Source: an uncultured Terriglobus sp. (GTDB lineage Bacteria > Acidobacteriota > Terriglobia > Terriglobales > Acidobacteriaceae). From it: a DNA stretch of 56,568 bases. The translations under genes were made by a program, and so were the position numbers. The first letter of the stretch is position 1. Each line of letters starts with the position of its first letter. Location: the NCBI GenBank assembly GCA_964245655.1, contig CAXTNL010000003.1, positions 1 to 56,568 on the forward strand. The letters run 5' to 3'. The notes below the pieces were generated by a model, which worked only from the letters and a program-made list of their open reading frames with translations, was not told where the DNA came from and did no database searches. Positions 8,744 to 18,761 of the stretch are shown here, in pieces.

Positions 8744-11242
8744 TCAGCTCCGTAACTCCACCAGGGTTGCGCCCTGGCCGCCCTCGTTATACGGCGGCTC
8801 CGTCACGTTGACCACGTGAGGATGTTTCTTTAGGTAGTCGCGCAGGCTGCGGCGCAGCACGCCCATGCCGGTGCCGTGGACGACGCGTACGCTGGGCCGG
8901 CCCGCCAGAAACGCCTGGTCCAGAAAGCGCTCCACCTCGTCGCGCGCCTCGTCCGCCGTACGGCCAATCACGTTGATTTCACCCGGCACCATGTCCGGTT
9001 CGCGCGCCACCACATTGATGCCGCGCTTACTGGCGGCCTGGATGGCCGACTGTGCCGGTGCGGGCACGGTAACGCGGGCGATGTCGTCCTTTGCCACGCG
9101 CATCTTCATCAGGCCGATGCTGACCTCGTAACCGCCGTTGTTATCGAGAATGCGCCCAACCTTTGCCTCGCGGCCCATGGACTTGAGCATGACCGTGTCG
9201 CCGACGGAAACGCTGCGCACCACATGCGGCTGGGCAGCAGGGTCCTTTTTGTCGGCACCGGACACGTGCGCGACCACCGTCTGATTGAAGCTTTCGGAGA
9301 ACTCGCGTTTCAGCCGCGCAACGCGGCGGTCGGCCTCGGCGCTGGCCTTGCGCTTGGCGCTCACATCCTCGATGCCCTTCACGCTTTCTCGCATCTGGAA
9401 CTCAAACTCCTTCATCAGCGAGGCGAGTTTCACTTCGAGTTCGCGGGCACGCTGCCGCTGCTCCTGCCTGCCCTCGGTTTCCAGGCGCTGCTTCTCGCGC
9501 TCTACGGCAAGCTCGCGCAGGCGGATGTCCGCGCGCTCCTTGCCCACAACGGTCAGTTGCGTGTGCAACTCGTCCAGGAAGCGCGCGATGTCGGCGGACT
9601 GCGTGGTGACGCTGGCCCGCGCGGAGCGGATCATTGCTGGATCGAGTCCCAGCCGTTCCGCGATGTTGATGCCGCTCGACGCCCCGGGCACGCCCATGCG
9701 CAATTCGTAGGTGGGTGCCAGGGTGCGCTCGTCGAAGCCCACCGCCGCATTCACCACGCCCGCGCCGTGCTTGGCAGCGTAAATTTTCAGCGAGGTCAGA
9801 TGCGTGGTGATCATGCTCCACGCGCCCATCGAAAGGAAGCGCTCGGAGATGGCCACGGCCAGCGCCGCGCCCTCCTCTGGGTCGGTGGCGGAGCCGAGTT
9901 CGTCCAGCAGCACCAGCGACTTTGCATCGGCCTCGCGGCTGATCTGGTTCACGTGCGAGATGTGTGCGGAAAACGTGGACAGGTTGCGCTCGATGCTCTG
10001 CGCGTCACCAATGTCGGCGTAAACGGCAGAGAAGATGGGCAGCCGAGCGGCACCTGCGGGCACGGGCAGACCAGCCTGCGCCATCAATGCCAGCAGGCCG
10101 ACTGTTTTAAGCGAGACCGTCTTGCCGCCTGTGTTCGGGCCGGAGATAATCAGCTGCTTTGCGATGCCGGGCAGACCGAGCGTCAGCGGAACGATCTTCG
10201 CCTTCTCCGAACGCATGCGCAGGTCTAGCAGCGGGTGGCGCGCTGCTTCAAGCGCCAGGGGCGCATCGTCGCCGTGCGGCTTGCCGTCGGTAAATACGGG
10301 GCGGACGCAGTCTAGCGTCTGGGCAAATTTCGCATAGGCAAAGTGTGACTCGATCTCTGCCAGCACCTCGGTGCCACGCGCGATTGACCCCGCCTGCTCC
10401 GCCACCGCTGCAGTCATGGCGACCAGGATGCGGTGCGTCTCTGCCTGCTCCTCATCCAAGAGGCGCTGCAATTCGTTGTTCTGCTCGACGGTTTCCATGG
10501 GCTCGATGAAGATGGTCTGGCCCGACGAGGACGACCCGTGCACCACGCCCGGCACCTTGCGACGGAACTCTGCTTTAACCGGGATGACGAAGCGCTCGCC
10601 GCGCACGGTGATCAGGTCTTCCTGCGCACCGCCCGCGTCGCTCACCGCACGCAGCTGCCGCCGCAGGCTGTCCTGGATGGCCTTGTGCTGCCGGCCCATG
10701 GCCTTGCGGATGCGCGACAGCTCCGGTGAGGCGTCATCCGACAGTGTTCCGTCCGGGTCGATCTTGCCGCTGACTAGTTCCAGCAGTCGGTAAAAGTTGG
10801 TCGCGATAACCGGTGCCGACAGCGCGGTGACCGCAGGCCACTTCTCCGCGATATAGTCGGGCGGTTCCGCCACCAGCAGGCGCCAGTCGGCAATGTGCTC
10901 CGCCAGTTCGGCAATGCGACGCAGTTCCAACGGCTCCAGCGCCGCGCCGGGAATGCGCGCGCGGTCCAGCAGCACTGTCGCGTCAAACAGGCCGCCAAAG
11001 CCGAAGGTTCCACCCGCCGCCAGAAAGATGCGAAGCTCCGCCGTCAGCTGCTGTGCACGCTCGATCCAGCGGAGGTCGCGCGAGGGCTCCAGCGCAAGCA
11101 CGTGAGCCCTGCCCAGCGAAGACTGCGTGCGCCCGGCCAGGTGTTCGCGAAGGGAGAGCCACTCCAGGGCGGCGGCGCTGGTTTCGCGTAGGGGGGAACT
11201 GGTGGTCGAATCTGAAGGGTAACTGTAGGGAGGCACAGGCAT
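8744..11242 (-). CDS. mutS2: MutS2 family ATPase with C-terminal Smr domain
   Basis: VHGSSSSGQTIFIEP, ISGPNTGGKT, DIGDAQSIERNLSTFSAH, LLDELGSATDPEEG, coiled coil, Smr VVHGTGMGVLR...GGQGAT. Confidence 0.95.
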   Translation of the reverse strand: MPVPPYSYPSDSTTSSPLRETSAAALEWLSLREHLAGRTQSSLGRAHVLALEPSRDLRWIERAQQLTAELRIFLAAGGTFGFGGLFDATVLLDRARIPGAALEPLELRRIAELAEHIADWRLLVAEPPDYIAEKWPAVTALSAPVIATNFYRLLELVSGKIDPDGTLSDDASPELSRIRKAMGRQHKAIQDSLRRQLRAVSDAGGAQEDLITVRGERFVIPVKAEFRRKVPGVVHGSSSSGQTIFIEPMETVEQNNELQRLLDEEQAETHRILVAMTAAVAEQAGSIARGTEVLAEIESHFAYAKFAQTLDCVRPVFTDGKPHGDDAPLALEAARHPLLDLRMRSEKAKIVPLTLGLPGIAKQLIISGPNTGGKTVSLKTVGLLALMAQAGLPVPAGAARLPIFSAVYADIGDAQSIERNLSTFSAHISHVNQISREADAKSLVLLDELGSATDPEEGAALAVAISERFLSMGAWSMITTHLTSLKIYAAKHGAGVVNAAVGFDERTLAPTYELRMGVPGASSGINIAERLGLDPAMIRSARASVTTQSADIARFLDELHTQLTVVGKERADIRLRELAVEREKQRLETEGRQEQRQRARELEVKLASLMKEFEFQMRESVKGIEDVSAKRKASAEADRRVARLKREFSESFNQTVVAHVSGADKKDPAAQPHVVRSVSVGDTVMLKSMGREAKVGRILDNNGGYEVSIGLMKMRVAKDDIARVTVPAPAQSAIQAASKRGINVVAREPDMVPGEINVIGRTADEARDEVERFLDQAFLAGRPSVRVVHGTGMGVLRRSLRDYLKKHPHVVNVTEPPYNEGGQGATLVELRS

Positions 11243-11310
11243 TAGACGCCGAGGCGCGCCGCGCCGATGCGCAGGCCCTCATCGCCGGCTCCATCTGTGC
11301 TGCCCTTGCG

Positions 11311-11577
11311 TTACTTTCCGGTATCGCTACCCGCAGGCTCTTCGCTGGCCCGTTCCGCTGGTTTGGCAGCCCCTGCAGCATCGTCGAAGTAGTCCGGCTT
11401 AACTGGAAGGCGCTTGAAGCCGGCACCGCGATCGCTCAGCCGTAAACGGGTTCGGCAGCGCCCACAGCGCCACGGAAACACCCCAAACAGCGGCAGCACA
11501 TACCTTTCCCAGAGCCCTTTACGGCCACAGCGGTTAAGAATGCCTCGCCCACAGTTGGGGCAAATCCGTTCGGCCAT
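11311..11577 (-). CDS. Small zinc-ribbon-like protein (88 aa)
   Basis: CPNCG...PWRCGRCRTR gives two CxxC pairs. It fills the gap between co-oriented genes. Confidence 0.7.
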   Translation of the reverse strand: MAERICPNCGRGILNRCGRKGLWERYVLPLFGVFPWRCGRCRTRLRLSDRGAGFKRLPVKPDYFDDAAGAAKPAERASEEPAGSDTGK

Positions 11578-11642
11578 ACAAACATCACGCCGCCAGCGGC
11601 GGCTGGCTTACCCAGTGTAAGCGCAGCCGTTACTGGTGCGTG

Positions 11643-12677
11643 TTACCGATAGCTAGGTGGCGCGGGATTGCGGTTGAACTGCCGCTGGTGCCAATAAGGG
11701 TAGGCCACCGGGCGCTCACTTGCCTTGTCCAGCCGTTCCACCTGCTCCGGCGTGAGCACAAAGCCGGCGGCCTCCAGATTGCCCTTGAGTTGGTCCGCGT
11801 TGCGCGCGCCAATCACCAGGCTGGCCACCGTAGGCTTACGCAAGAGCCAGTTCAGCGCCACCTGTGGCACTGTTTTGCCGGTTTCGGCGGCAATGGCGTC
11901 CAGCGCGTCTACCACGGTGTACAGGTATTCCTCGTCCACCACCGGACCGCCGGCCTGGCCGTCGCTGTAGCGCGAGTTCGCCGGCGCGGGATGGCCGCGG
12001 CGGATCTTGCCGGTCAGTCGTCCCCAGCCCAGCGGGCTCCACACCAGTGCCGCCACGCCCTCGACCATGCCCACCGGCATCAACTCCCATTCGTAGTCGC
12101 GGCCCACCAGCGAGTAGTACGTCTGCTGCGCCACATACCGCGTCCAGCCGTACCGTTCGCTCACGTCCAACGAGCGCTGGAGATGCCAACCGCTGAAATT
12201 GGAGCAGGCGATGTAACGAATCTTGCCCGCGCGGACAAAGTGGTCCAGTGTGCTCAGCGTCTCCTCGATGGGCGTTTCCGCGTCGAAGCCATGCATGTGG
12301 TAGACGTCGATGTAGTCCGTCCTCAACCGCTTCAGGCTGCTATGCAGCGCGTTTGTGATGTGGAAGCGGGAGGAACCCTGCTCATTGGGGCCCTTGTCGA
12401 AGCCAAAGGTACCCTTGGTGGAGAGCAAGACCGACTCACGCGGCAGGTGTGCGATGGCTTCGCCCAGGATCTCCTCGGACCGGCCTTCGGAGTACACATC
12501 CGCCGTGTCAAAAAAGTTCACGCCGGCGTCCATGCACATGTCAATCAGCTGCCGGGCCTCGGCAACATCCGTGCTGCCCCATGCCTTGAAAAACTCGTTT
12601 GCGCCGCCGAACGTGCCCGTGCCGAAGCATAGCACTGGCACCTTGAGACCACTTTTGCCAAGTTGTCGAAATTCCAT
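11643..12677 (-). CDS. Aldo/keto reductase
   Basis: MEFRQLGKSGLKV, FDTADVYSEGRSE, SLKRLRTDYIDVYHMH, GKIRYIACSNF, WSPLGWGRLTGK. Confidence 0.95.
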   Translation of the reverse strand: MEFRQLGKSGLKVPVLCFGTGTFGGANEFFKAWGSTDVAEARQLIDMCMDAGVNFFDTADVYSEGRSEEILGEAIAHLPRESVLLSTKGTFGFDKGPNEQGSSRFHITNALHSSLKRLRTDYIDVYHMHGFDAETPIEETLSTLDHFVRAGKIRYIACSNFSGWHLQRSLDVSERYGWTRYVAQQTYYSLVGRDYEWELMPVGMVEGVAALVWSPLGWGRLTGKIRRGHPAPANSRYSDGQAGGPVVDEEYLYTVVDALDAIAAETGKTVPQVALNWLLRKPTVASLVIGARNADQLKGNLEAAGFVLTPEQVERLDKASERPVAYPYWHQRQFNRNPAPPSYR

Positions 12678-12856
12678 ACCGTGATGGATGCAGGTGCTGC
12701 CCGCCAGCGATTCCTCGGTTGTTGCGCATAGCTGCGCCATCGCGTGAGAAGCTGGTGACAGCTGCCACACAGCGACACTACAAGACAGACTTTGACGGGA
12801 ACGCTGCGACTGGTTGCTGTATACGCAGTCCTTGGAACGCCGTCCCATGGAGCAGG

Positions 12857-13426
12857 ATGCGAATGATTCGCAGGATCACACCCCGGGCCGCAGCACTCAT
12901 GCTGCTTATGCTCTGCATCGGTGCAGCTTCGCGACTCGACGCTCAGGTAACAGCGCCCACTGCCAAGCGCGCGGCCGACCTGCAGTTGGGCGTCGGCTTT
13001 AGCTACGGCAAGCACGACTACGAGTTCACTCCGCTGGACGATGGCACACGCATCAACGGCCTGTCGTTCTATGGCACGCTCGACGTCAGGCCACACCTCG
13101 GCGTTGAGGTCGCCTTCCACCAGCTGGGTACGCACAAAAGCGACCACGAGTATGAGCGCAGCTACGAAATTGGTCCGCGCTACGTGCTGCACTTCAACCG
13201 CATCAACCCGTACGCGCGCGTGGCGTATGGCCGCGGTGTCTTTAACTTCCCGCAGGACATTGCCAACCTTGCCTACAACATGGGCGTGATTGCGGGCGGT
13301 GTGGACGTGAACGTGCTGCGGCACGTGAACGTGCGCGGCGAGTACGAATACCAGCGCTGGTTCAGCTTCCCCATCCACAACCTGCAACCGCAGATGGTGA
13401 CCGTGGGCGTCGCGTACCACTTTTAA
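12857..13426 (+). CDS. Small outer-membrane beta-barrel protein (OmpA/OmpW-like)
   Basis: Signal peptide, alternating amphipathic strands, NPYARV, C-terminal VGVAYHF. Confidence 0.8.
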   Translation: MRMIRRITPRAAALMLLMLCIGAASRLDAQVTAPTAKRAADLQLGVGFSYGKHDYEFTPLDDGTRINGLSFYGTLDVRPHLGVEVAFHQLGTHKSDHEYERSYEIGPRYVLHFNRINPYARVAYGRGVFNFPQDIANLAYNMGVIAGGVDVNVLRHVNVRGEYEYQRWFSFPIHNLQPQMVTVGVAYHF

Positions 13427-13500
13427 TCGAGCCGTTCTGGGTGGCTGGCCGGCAACTCCGCTGTCGGCTTTACCATCTGGCAACCACTTGCCGTGCTGCG

Positions 13501-15453
13501 TCAGTTGCTCTCGGGCGTAGCGCTGTCAGCAGGCTTATCTGGCTGCGACTGGTAGATCTCCTCCACACGCGCGACAGTATCGATTTCCGCCAGCGGCTTG
13601 TCACGGCGTATCTGCAGGATGCGCGGAAAGCGCAGTGCGAAACCACTGGAGTGGCGATCGCTGCGCATGATGTTGTTGAAGGCGATCTCCAGGATGACGA
13701 GCGGTTCCACCGTTCGGAAGCCACCGAAGTCTTCCAGGGTGTGCGTGCGGCACCACTCGGTTAGCTCGACGATCTCCGCATCGGTCACGCCGCTGTACGC
13801 CTTGCCCACGTTCTGCAGGCTGCCATCTGCGGCGCGCACGGCAAAGGTGTAGTCCGACAGGAACTGCGACTTGCGCCCCTGGCCATACTCCGCGCCAGTA
13901 ATGACGACGTCCAGCGTGTCCAGGTGGCGCTTAAGCTTCATCCAACTGAGGCCGCGACGCCCCGGCTGGTAGAGCGACTCAGACGCCTTGATCATGACGC
14001 CCTCATTGCCACGGTCGCGCGCGGCAACGTAGGCGCGATCCAGCTCATCGGCGGAGTGCGCCTCCACCACGGGCGACAGACGCAGACGCTGTTCGCCTGT
14101 GGGCTTGCCTGCACCCTCATCCACAAATAGCCCACCCTTCGGCGCTGGCGCGGGCAATTCCAGCGGTGAGCAGGTGACGTGTTGCATTGTTCCGACCAGC
14201 GCCTCTAACCGGGCGCGGCGCTCACGCAGCGGCTGGTCCAGCAGCAGTGTGCCGTCGGCGAACAGGAGGTCGAAACACATGAACACGACCGGAATGCCGG
14301 TGCGCACGTCGTTGTTTACCTTCTTGCGGCCAAGGCGAGGTGACAGCACGGCAAAGGCCATGGCGCGGTCTGTGCGTACGTCCCAGGCCAGCACCTCGCC
14401 ATCCAGAATGATGCCGCTGCCCGTGCCAGCATCAGTATTGGCGACGCGCGCGAACGCCTCGACAATCTCCGGGTAGCTTGCGGTCACATCTTCACGGTTG
14501 CGCGAGTACAACGCCACGCGGCCCGGCTGCGATGCATCGCCGCAGTGCAGCTGGATGCGCATGCCGTCGTACTTGTCCTCTACCTGCGCGCTCAGGCGCA
14601 CGGCTTCAACCGGCGTGTCCTCGGGCACAGCCTCTTCAGCAGTGTCGTCGATCAACTCAGCCACGGTGGGCGACTCCGGCTCAGCCTCGGTTGCAGGTGC
14701 GACCGTCACCTCAGCTGCCTGCGCCATCTCAGGTTTTGAGGCGAACCGGGCCACGGCCTCGACCGTCGTCTCTACAGGCGACGCCAGCATAAAGCCGAGC
14801 GGGTGGAACAGCCGCATACGCGCTGTCTCCAGCGTCCCGGCAAAGGCCATCTCCGTTGCTTCGGACAGGTCAGCCTGCAGCATCACGGCGTTGCGCAGCG
14901 CAGGCAGCGACTGCTCACTGGCAACGGCAATCGCCTCTTCCACCAGCGCCTGCTTGACGCCAATGCGCATGTCGCCATTGATCAGCTTGATGAGGTACTT
15001 TGCCTCAACCGGCGAACAGCGCCGCAGCATGGCCGCCAGCAGCATCTGCCGCGCAGCCGTATTTTTTGCAACGGGTATCTGCGCAAAGGTGTCTTCAAGA
15101 TCGGGCAACGTCAGGGATGGCTCCGGGGTGTGGCCCTGCTCTTGAAACAGGTCACCCGCTGCTGCACCCAGGTCGCCGTGCCTGCGCCATGCCGCCTGAA
15201 ACTGGTCCTCGCTGGGCGAGATAATTTCTCGCACAGTTTTCGTGAGCATTGCGCCACCGATGTTGAGCTTGCGTGTGTCTGCTTCGCTAAACGCTTCACC
15301 GGACAGGTACATGGCAAACAGTCCTGCCTGATGTGCATCGCCGGAGTCACGCGCGGCAAGAATGCCTGCTGCAATGGCCGCGCGCTTCTTTAGCCTGCTG
15401 CCGGTGGCGGCCAGTTCGTCGGCCAGGGTCGCAAGTGCGTGAAAGAGTGCCAT
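13501..15453 (-). CDS. ATP-dependent DNA ligase (DNA-binding, adenylation and OB domains; LigB-like)
   Basis: EDKYDG active-site lysine, ILDGEV, FDLL, EGVMIK, YQPGRRGLSWMKLK, ALRFPRILQIRRDK. Confidence 0.93.
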   Translation of the reverse strand: MALFHALATLADELAATGSRLKKRAAIAAGILAARDSGDAHQAGLFAMYLSGEAFSEADTRKLNIGGAMLTKTVREIISPSEDQFQAAWRRHGDLGAAAGDLFQEQGHTPEPSLTLPDLEDTFAQIPVAKNTAARQMLLAAMLRRCSPVEAKYLIKLINGDMRIGVKQALVEEAIAVASEQSLPALRNAVMLQADLSEATEMAFAGTLETARMRLFHPLGFMLASPVETTVEAVARFASKPEMAQAAEVTVAPATEAEPESPTVAELIDDTAEEAVPEDTPVEAVRLSAQVEDKYDGMRIQLHCGDASQPGRVALYSRNREDVTASYPEIVEAFARVANTDAGTGSGIILDGEVLAWDVRTDRAMAFAVLSPRLGRKKVNNDVRTGIPVVFMCFDLLFADGTLLLDQPLRERRARLEALVGTMQHVTCSPLELPAPAPKGGLFVDEGAGKPTGEQRLRLSPVVEAHSADELDRAYVAARDRGNEGVMIKASESLYQPGRRGLSWMKLKRHLDTLDVVITGAEYGQGRKSQFLSDYTFAVRAADGSLQNVGKAYSGVTDAEIVELTEWCRTHTLEDFGGFRTVEPLVILEIAFNNIMRSDRHSSGFALRFPRILQIRRDKPLAEIDTVARVEEIYQSQPDKPADSATPESN

Positions 15454-15536
15454 GGTCGAAGGATGCGGCTTTCTGCCATCCGGTTTGGAGCAGCGGCACA
15501 CTCGTCTTGCGCAAGGCACCGTCCTGCTGTCGGCTT

Positions 15537-18500
15537 TTAATGGAAGTCGTGCGATTTCATGGGCGCCGCTGTCACTGACAGTTCCTCAATGTGACTGGCA
15601 CGCAGATGAATGACCGTATCAATGTTCTGCAACGTGCCTTCGACCAGCAGAAACTTGGCATAGGTCACCAGCGAGCGGTTCGCTTCGAATAGGTCCGGGT
15701 GCACGATGGCATTGGCAATGCCGGTCTCGTCCTCCAACGAAAGAAAGATAAAGCCGTGCGCCGTGCCAGGACGCTGCCGTGCAATTACCTGCCCGGCAAT
15801 GCGCGCAGTGGTGCCATGGCGAATGGTCTTCAGGTCGCCCGCACGGAACACGTGCAGCGCGTGCAGGCGCGCACGGCAGTGCGCCATGGGGTGGCGGCCA
15901 ACAGTAACGCCGGTTCCGGCATAATCCGCAATCATGCGCTCTTCCGGTGTCATGGCTACCAGCGGAGAGCTCTCATCCTCATCGCTGTCCAGCGCAGCCA
16001 GCAGCGGCCCTGCCGCACGCGCGGCACGCTCCACCTGCCACAGCGCGTCGCGCCGATGCCTGCGGTCTCCTAACGTGTTCAATGCACCCGTCTCTGCCAG
16101 CACTGCCAGTTCCGCCTGCGACAACGACGGCACGCGGCGCGCGAGTTCTTCGACAGAGGCAAACGGCCGCAGGGCGCGGGCCTGCTCAATGGCTGCCCCT
16201 GCCACGGCACGCAGGCTGCGCACATAACGCAGACCCAGTCGCAGCGCGTAGTTTCCGTCTGCCTCCTGCTCCAGCGTGCAGTTCCACTCAGACCGCAGAA
16301 TGTCCACCGGCTTGATGCGCAGGCCGTGCCGCTGTGCATCTTTCACCAGCACGGCGGCAGAGTAAAACCCCATGGGCTGGTTGTTGAGCATGGCAGCGGT
16401 GAACGCGGCCAGGTAGTGGAATTTGAGCCAGGCCGAAGCGTACGCAATCAGCGCAAAGCTGGCGGCATGGCTCTCCGGAAAGCCATACAGTGCAAAGGAA
16501 CTAATGGCCAGCACGATTTCCTCCTGCGCCTTCGCATCGACGCCCTTGGCGTCCATACCGGTGCGCAGCTTTGCTTCCAGCACGCGCATTTTGTCCTGCG
16601 AGCGGCGGCTACCCAGAGCACGGCGCAGTTCCTCGGCTTCGGCACCGGTAAAGTTGGCAATCACCATGGCAATGCGCAGGAGCTGCTCCTGAAACAGTGG
16701 CACGCCCAGCGTGCGCCTCAGCACCGGCTCCAGCAGAGGATGCGGGTACGTGATTTTGTTCGGGTCTTTGCGCCGCGCCATGTATGGGTTCATCATCTGG
16801 CCGACAATGGGGCCGGGCCGGATGATGGCCACCTGCACCACAAGGTCGTAAAACCTGCCTGGCTTGTTGCGCGGCAGCGATGCCATCTGCGCACGCGACT
16901 CCACCTGGAACAGGCCGATAGTGTCGGCACGCTGTAGGGATTCGTATACGTCGTCGTCCTGCGGAATCTGCGCCACGTCGAACGGCTCACCATAATGGCG
17001 AGGGATCAACTCGGTGCATTCTTTCAGCACCGCCATCATGCCCAGGCCCAGCAGGTCGACCTTCACCAAACCCATGTCCGCACAGTCTTCCTTGTCCCAC
17101 TGCACCACGTTGCGGCGCGGCATGGACGAAGGCTCGATGGGCACCACAGAAGCTAGTTGATTCTGTGCGATGACCATGCCGCCCGAGTGCTGCCCCAGGT
17201 GCCGCGGCAGGTCGAGCATGCGGATGGAAAGCTCCAGGTATTTCGCGATGCGCGGGTGTTTGAGGTCGAACCCGGCCTGCTGAAAGTGGTGCCCCATGGT
17301 GTCGGTTGGTCCCTTCCACTCAAACGAACCAACCAGCCGTGTCAGCCGCGTTTGCATGTCCGCGTCAAAGCCCAGCGCCTTACCCACTTCGCGCGCGGCG
17401 GAGCGACCACGGTAGGTAATGACGTTCGCGCACATGGCCGCGCCCAGCTGGCCGTAGCGCTCGTACACATGCTGGATGGCGCGTTCGCGGTCGTCGCCTG
17501 AGGGCAGGTCCAGGTCGATGTCGGGCCACTCACCGCGTGCCTCGGACAGAAAGCGCTCGAACAGCAACTCCATGCCCACGGGATCGACAGCCGTGATGCC
17601 GAGCGCGTAACACACGGCGGAGTTTGCGGCGGATCCGCGGCCCTGCACCAGGATGCCTTCCCGCTCGCAGTACTGCACAATGTCCCACACGATGAGAAAG
17701 TATCCCGCCAAGCCCAGGTGCGCGATGAGTGCAAGTTCCTTGGAAACCTGCTTGTCTGCCTTTACGCGCAACTCAGGATCGTTCTTAAGGCCGTAGCGGC
17801 GGCCAACGCCCTCCACAGCGCGCTTGCGCAGAAAGCTGTCTTCATCATCGCCTTCCGGAACGGGATAGCGCGGAAACTCGTAACCCATGTCCTTCTTCAT
17901 CTGGAAGACAAGCCGATCCGACAGTTCGCCCGTGTGAGCAATGGCTCCTGGCACATCGGCAAAGAGGCGGCACATCTCCTCTGCGGAACGCAGGTGGCGC
18001 TTATTGTTGTGTTGCAGCAGCAGGCCCGCTTCGTCCAGCGAACAGCCGTGCCGCACGCTGGTGAGTACATCAAGGATTTCGCGCTCAAAGCCGGTCGCCA
18101 TGGCGACCCCGTTCGTTGCAAGCAGCGGCAGGTGAAACTCTTGGGAGAGCGCCATCAGCGCCTGGTTGCGTGCTTCCTGTTCCGGAATGCCGTGCCGCTG
18201 CAGTTCCACATAGACGCTGCGCTGACCAAACGTCTGCACCAGCTGTTGCAGGGTCGTGCGTGCTTCCTCCATGCCGCCACGTGCCAGCGCCGCGGCCAGC
18301 GGACCCTCATCGCCACCCGTCAGGCAGACCAGGCCTTCAGCATGCGTCTGCACACTGCGCAGCGGAGCGATGCCGTCGCCCTTGGTCTGCTGTGCCAGTT
18401 TGTAGCTGGAGATGAGCAGCGAAAGATTCCCGTAACCCCGCTGCGATTCGCACAGCAGCGAAAGGCGCACCGGGCGGCGCGGAATCGAGTGTGGCTGCCA

Positions 18501-18761
18501 CGCTGGTGGCATCACCTGATCACCGAAGCAGTCCACAGAAATTTCTGCGCCAATGTGCGAGCGCAGGCCCAGCTTGTTTGCCGTCGTGTACAGCCGTGGC
18601 GAACCATACAAGCCGTCACGATCGAGAATGGCAAGGCCGGGCAGTCCGAAATTGGCAGCCTGCTGCGTCATGGCCTCCGGCAAGGAAGCACCCTCAAGAA
18701 AGCTGAAGGCCGACCGTGCATGCAGCTCGACATACCGCTCAGTCATGTGGCGTTCAGTCAT
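15537..18761 (-). CDS. dnaE2: Error-prone DNA polymerase III alpha (ImuC/DnaE2)
   Basis: PHP domain YVELHARSAFSFLEGAS, QGRGSAANS, PDIDLD, YGFPESHA, RQRPGTA, C-terminal SHDFH motif. The start overlaps the imuB stop; an alternative ATG lies at 18746. Confidence 0.95.
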   Translation of the reverse strand: MTERHMTERYVELHARSAFSFLEGASLPEAMTQQAANFGLPGLAILDRDGLYGSPRLYTTANKLGLRSHIGAEISVDCFGDQVMPPAWQPHSIPRRPVRLSLLCESQRGYGNLSLLISSYKLAQQTKGDGIAPLRSVQTHAEGLVCLTGGDEGPLAAALARGGMEEARTTLQQLVQTFGQRSVYVELQRHGIPEQEARNQALMALSQEFHLPLLATNGVAMATGFEREILDVLTSVRHGCSLDEAGLLLQHNNKRHLRSAEEMCRLFADVPGAIAHTGELSDRLVFQMKKDMGYEFPRYPVPEGDDEDSFLRKRAVEGVGRRYGLKNDPELRVKADKQVSKELALIAHLGLAGYFLIVWDIVQYCEREGILVQGRGSAANSAVCYALGITAVDPVGMELLFERFLSEARGEWPDIDLDLPSGDDRERAIQHVYERYGQLGAAMCANVITYRGRSAAREVGKALGFDADMQTRLTRLVGSFEWKGPTDTMGHHFQQAGFDLKHPRIAKYLELSIRMLDLPRHLGQHSGGMVIAQNQLASVVPIEPSSMPRRNVVQWDKEDCADMGLVKVDLLGLGMMAVLKECTELIPRHYGEPFDVAQIPQDDDVYESLQRADTIGLFQVESRAQMASLPRNKPGRFYDLVVQVAIIRPGPIVGQMMNPYMARRKDPNKITYPHPLLEPVLRRTLGVPLFQEQLLRIAMVIANFTGAEAEELRRALGSRRSQDKMRVLEAKLRTGMDAKGVDAKAQEEIVLAISSFALYGFPESHAASFALIAYASAWLKFHYLAAFTAAMLNNQPMGFYSAAVLVKDAQRHGLRIKPVDILRSEWNCTLEQEADGNYALRLGLRYVRSLRAVAGAAIEQARALRPFASVEELARRVPSLSQAELAVLAETGALNTLGDRRHRRDALWQVERAARAAGPLLAALDSDEDESSPLVAMTPEERMIADYAGTGVTVGRHPMAHCRARLHALHVFRAGDLKTIRHGTTARIAGQVIARQRPGTAHGFIFLSLEDETGIANAIVHPDLFEANRSLVTYAKFLLVEGTLQNIDTVIHLRASHIEELSVTAAPMKSHDFH

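Noticed and set aside
8876-10228. 450-aa ORF on the plus strand
   Set aside because: Antisense shadow of mutS2 with no motifs; expected in high-GC DNA.
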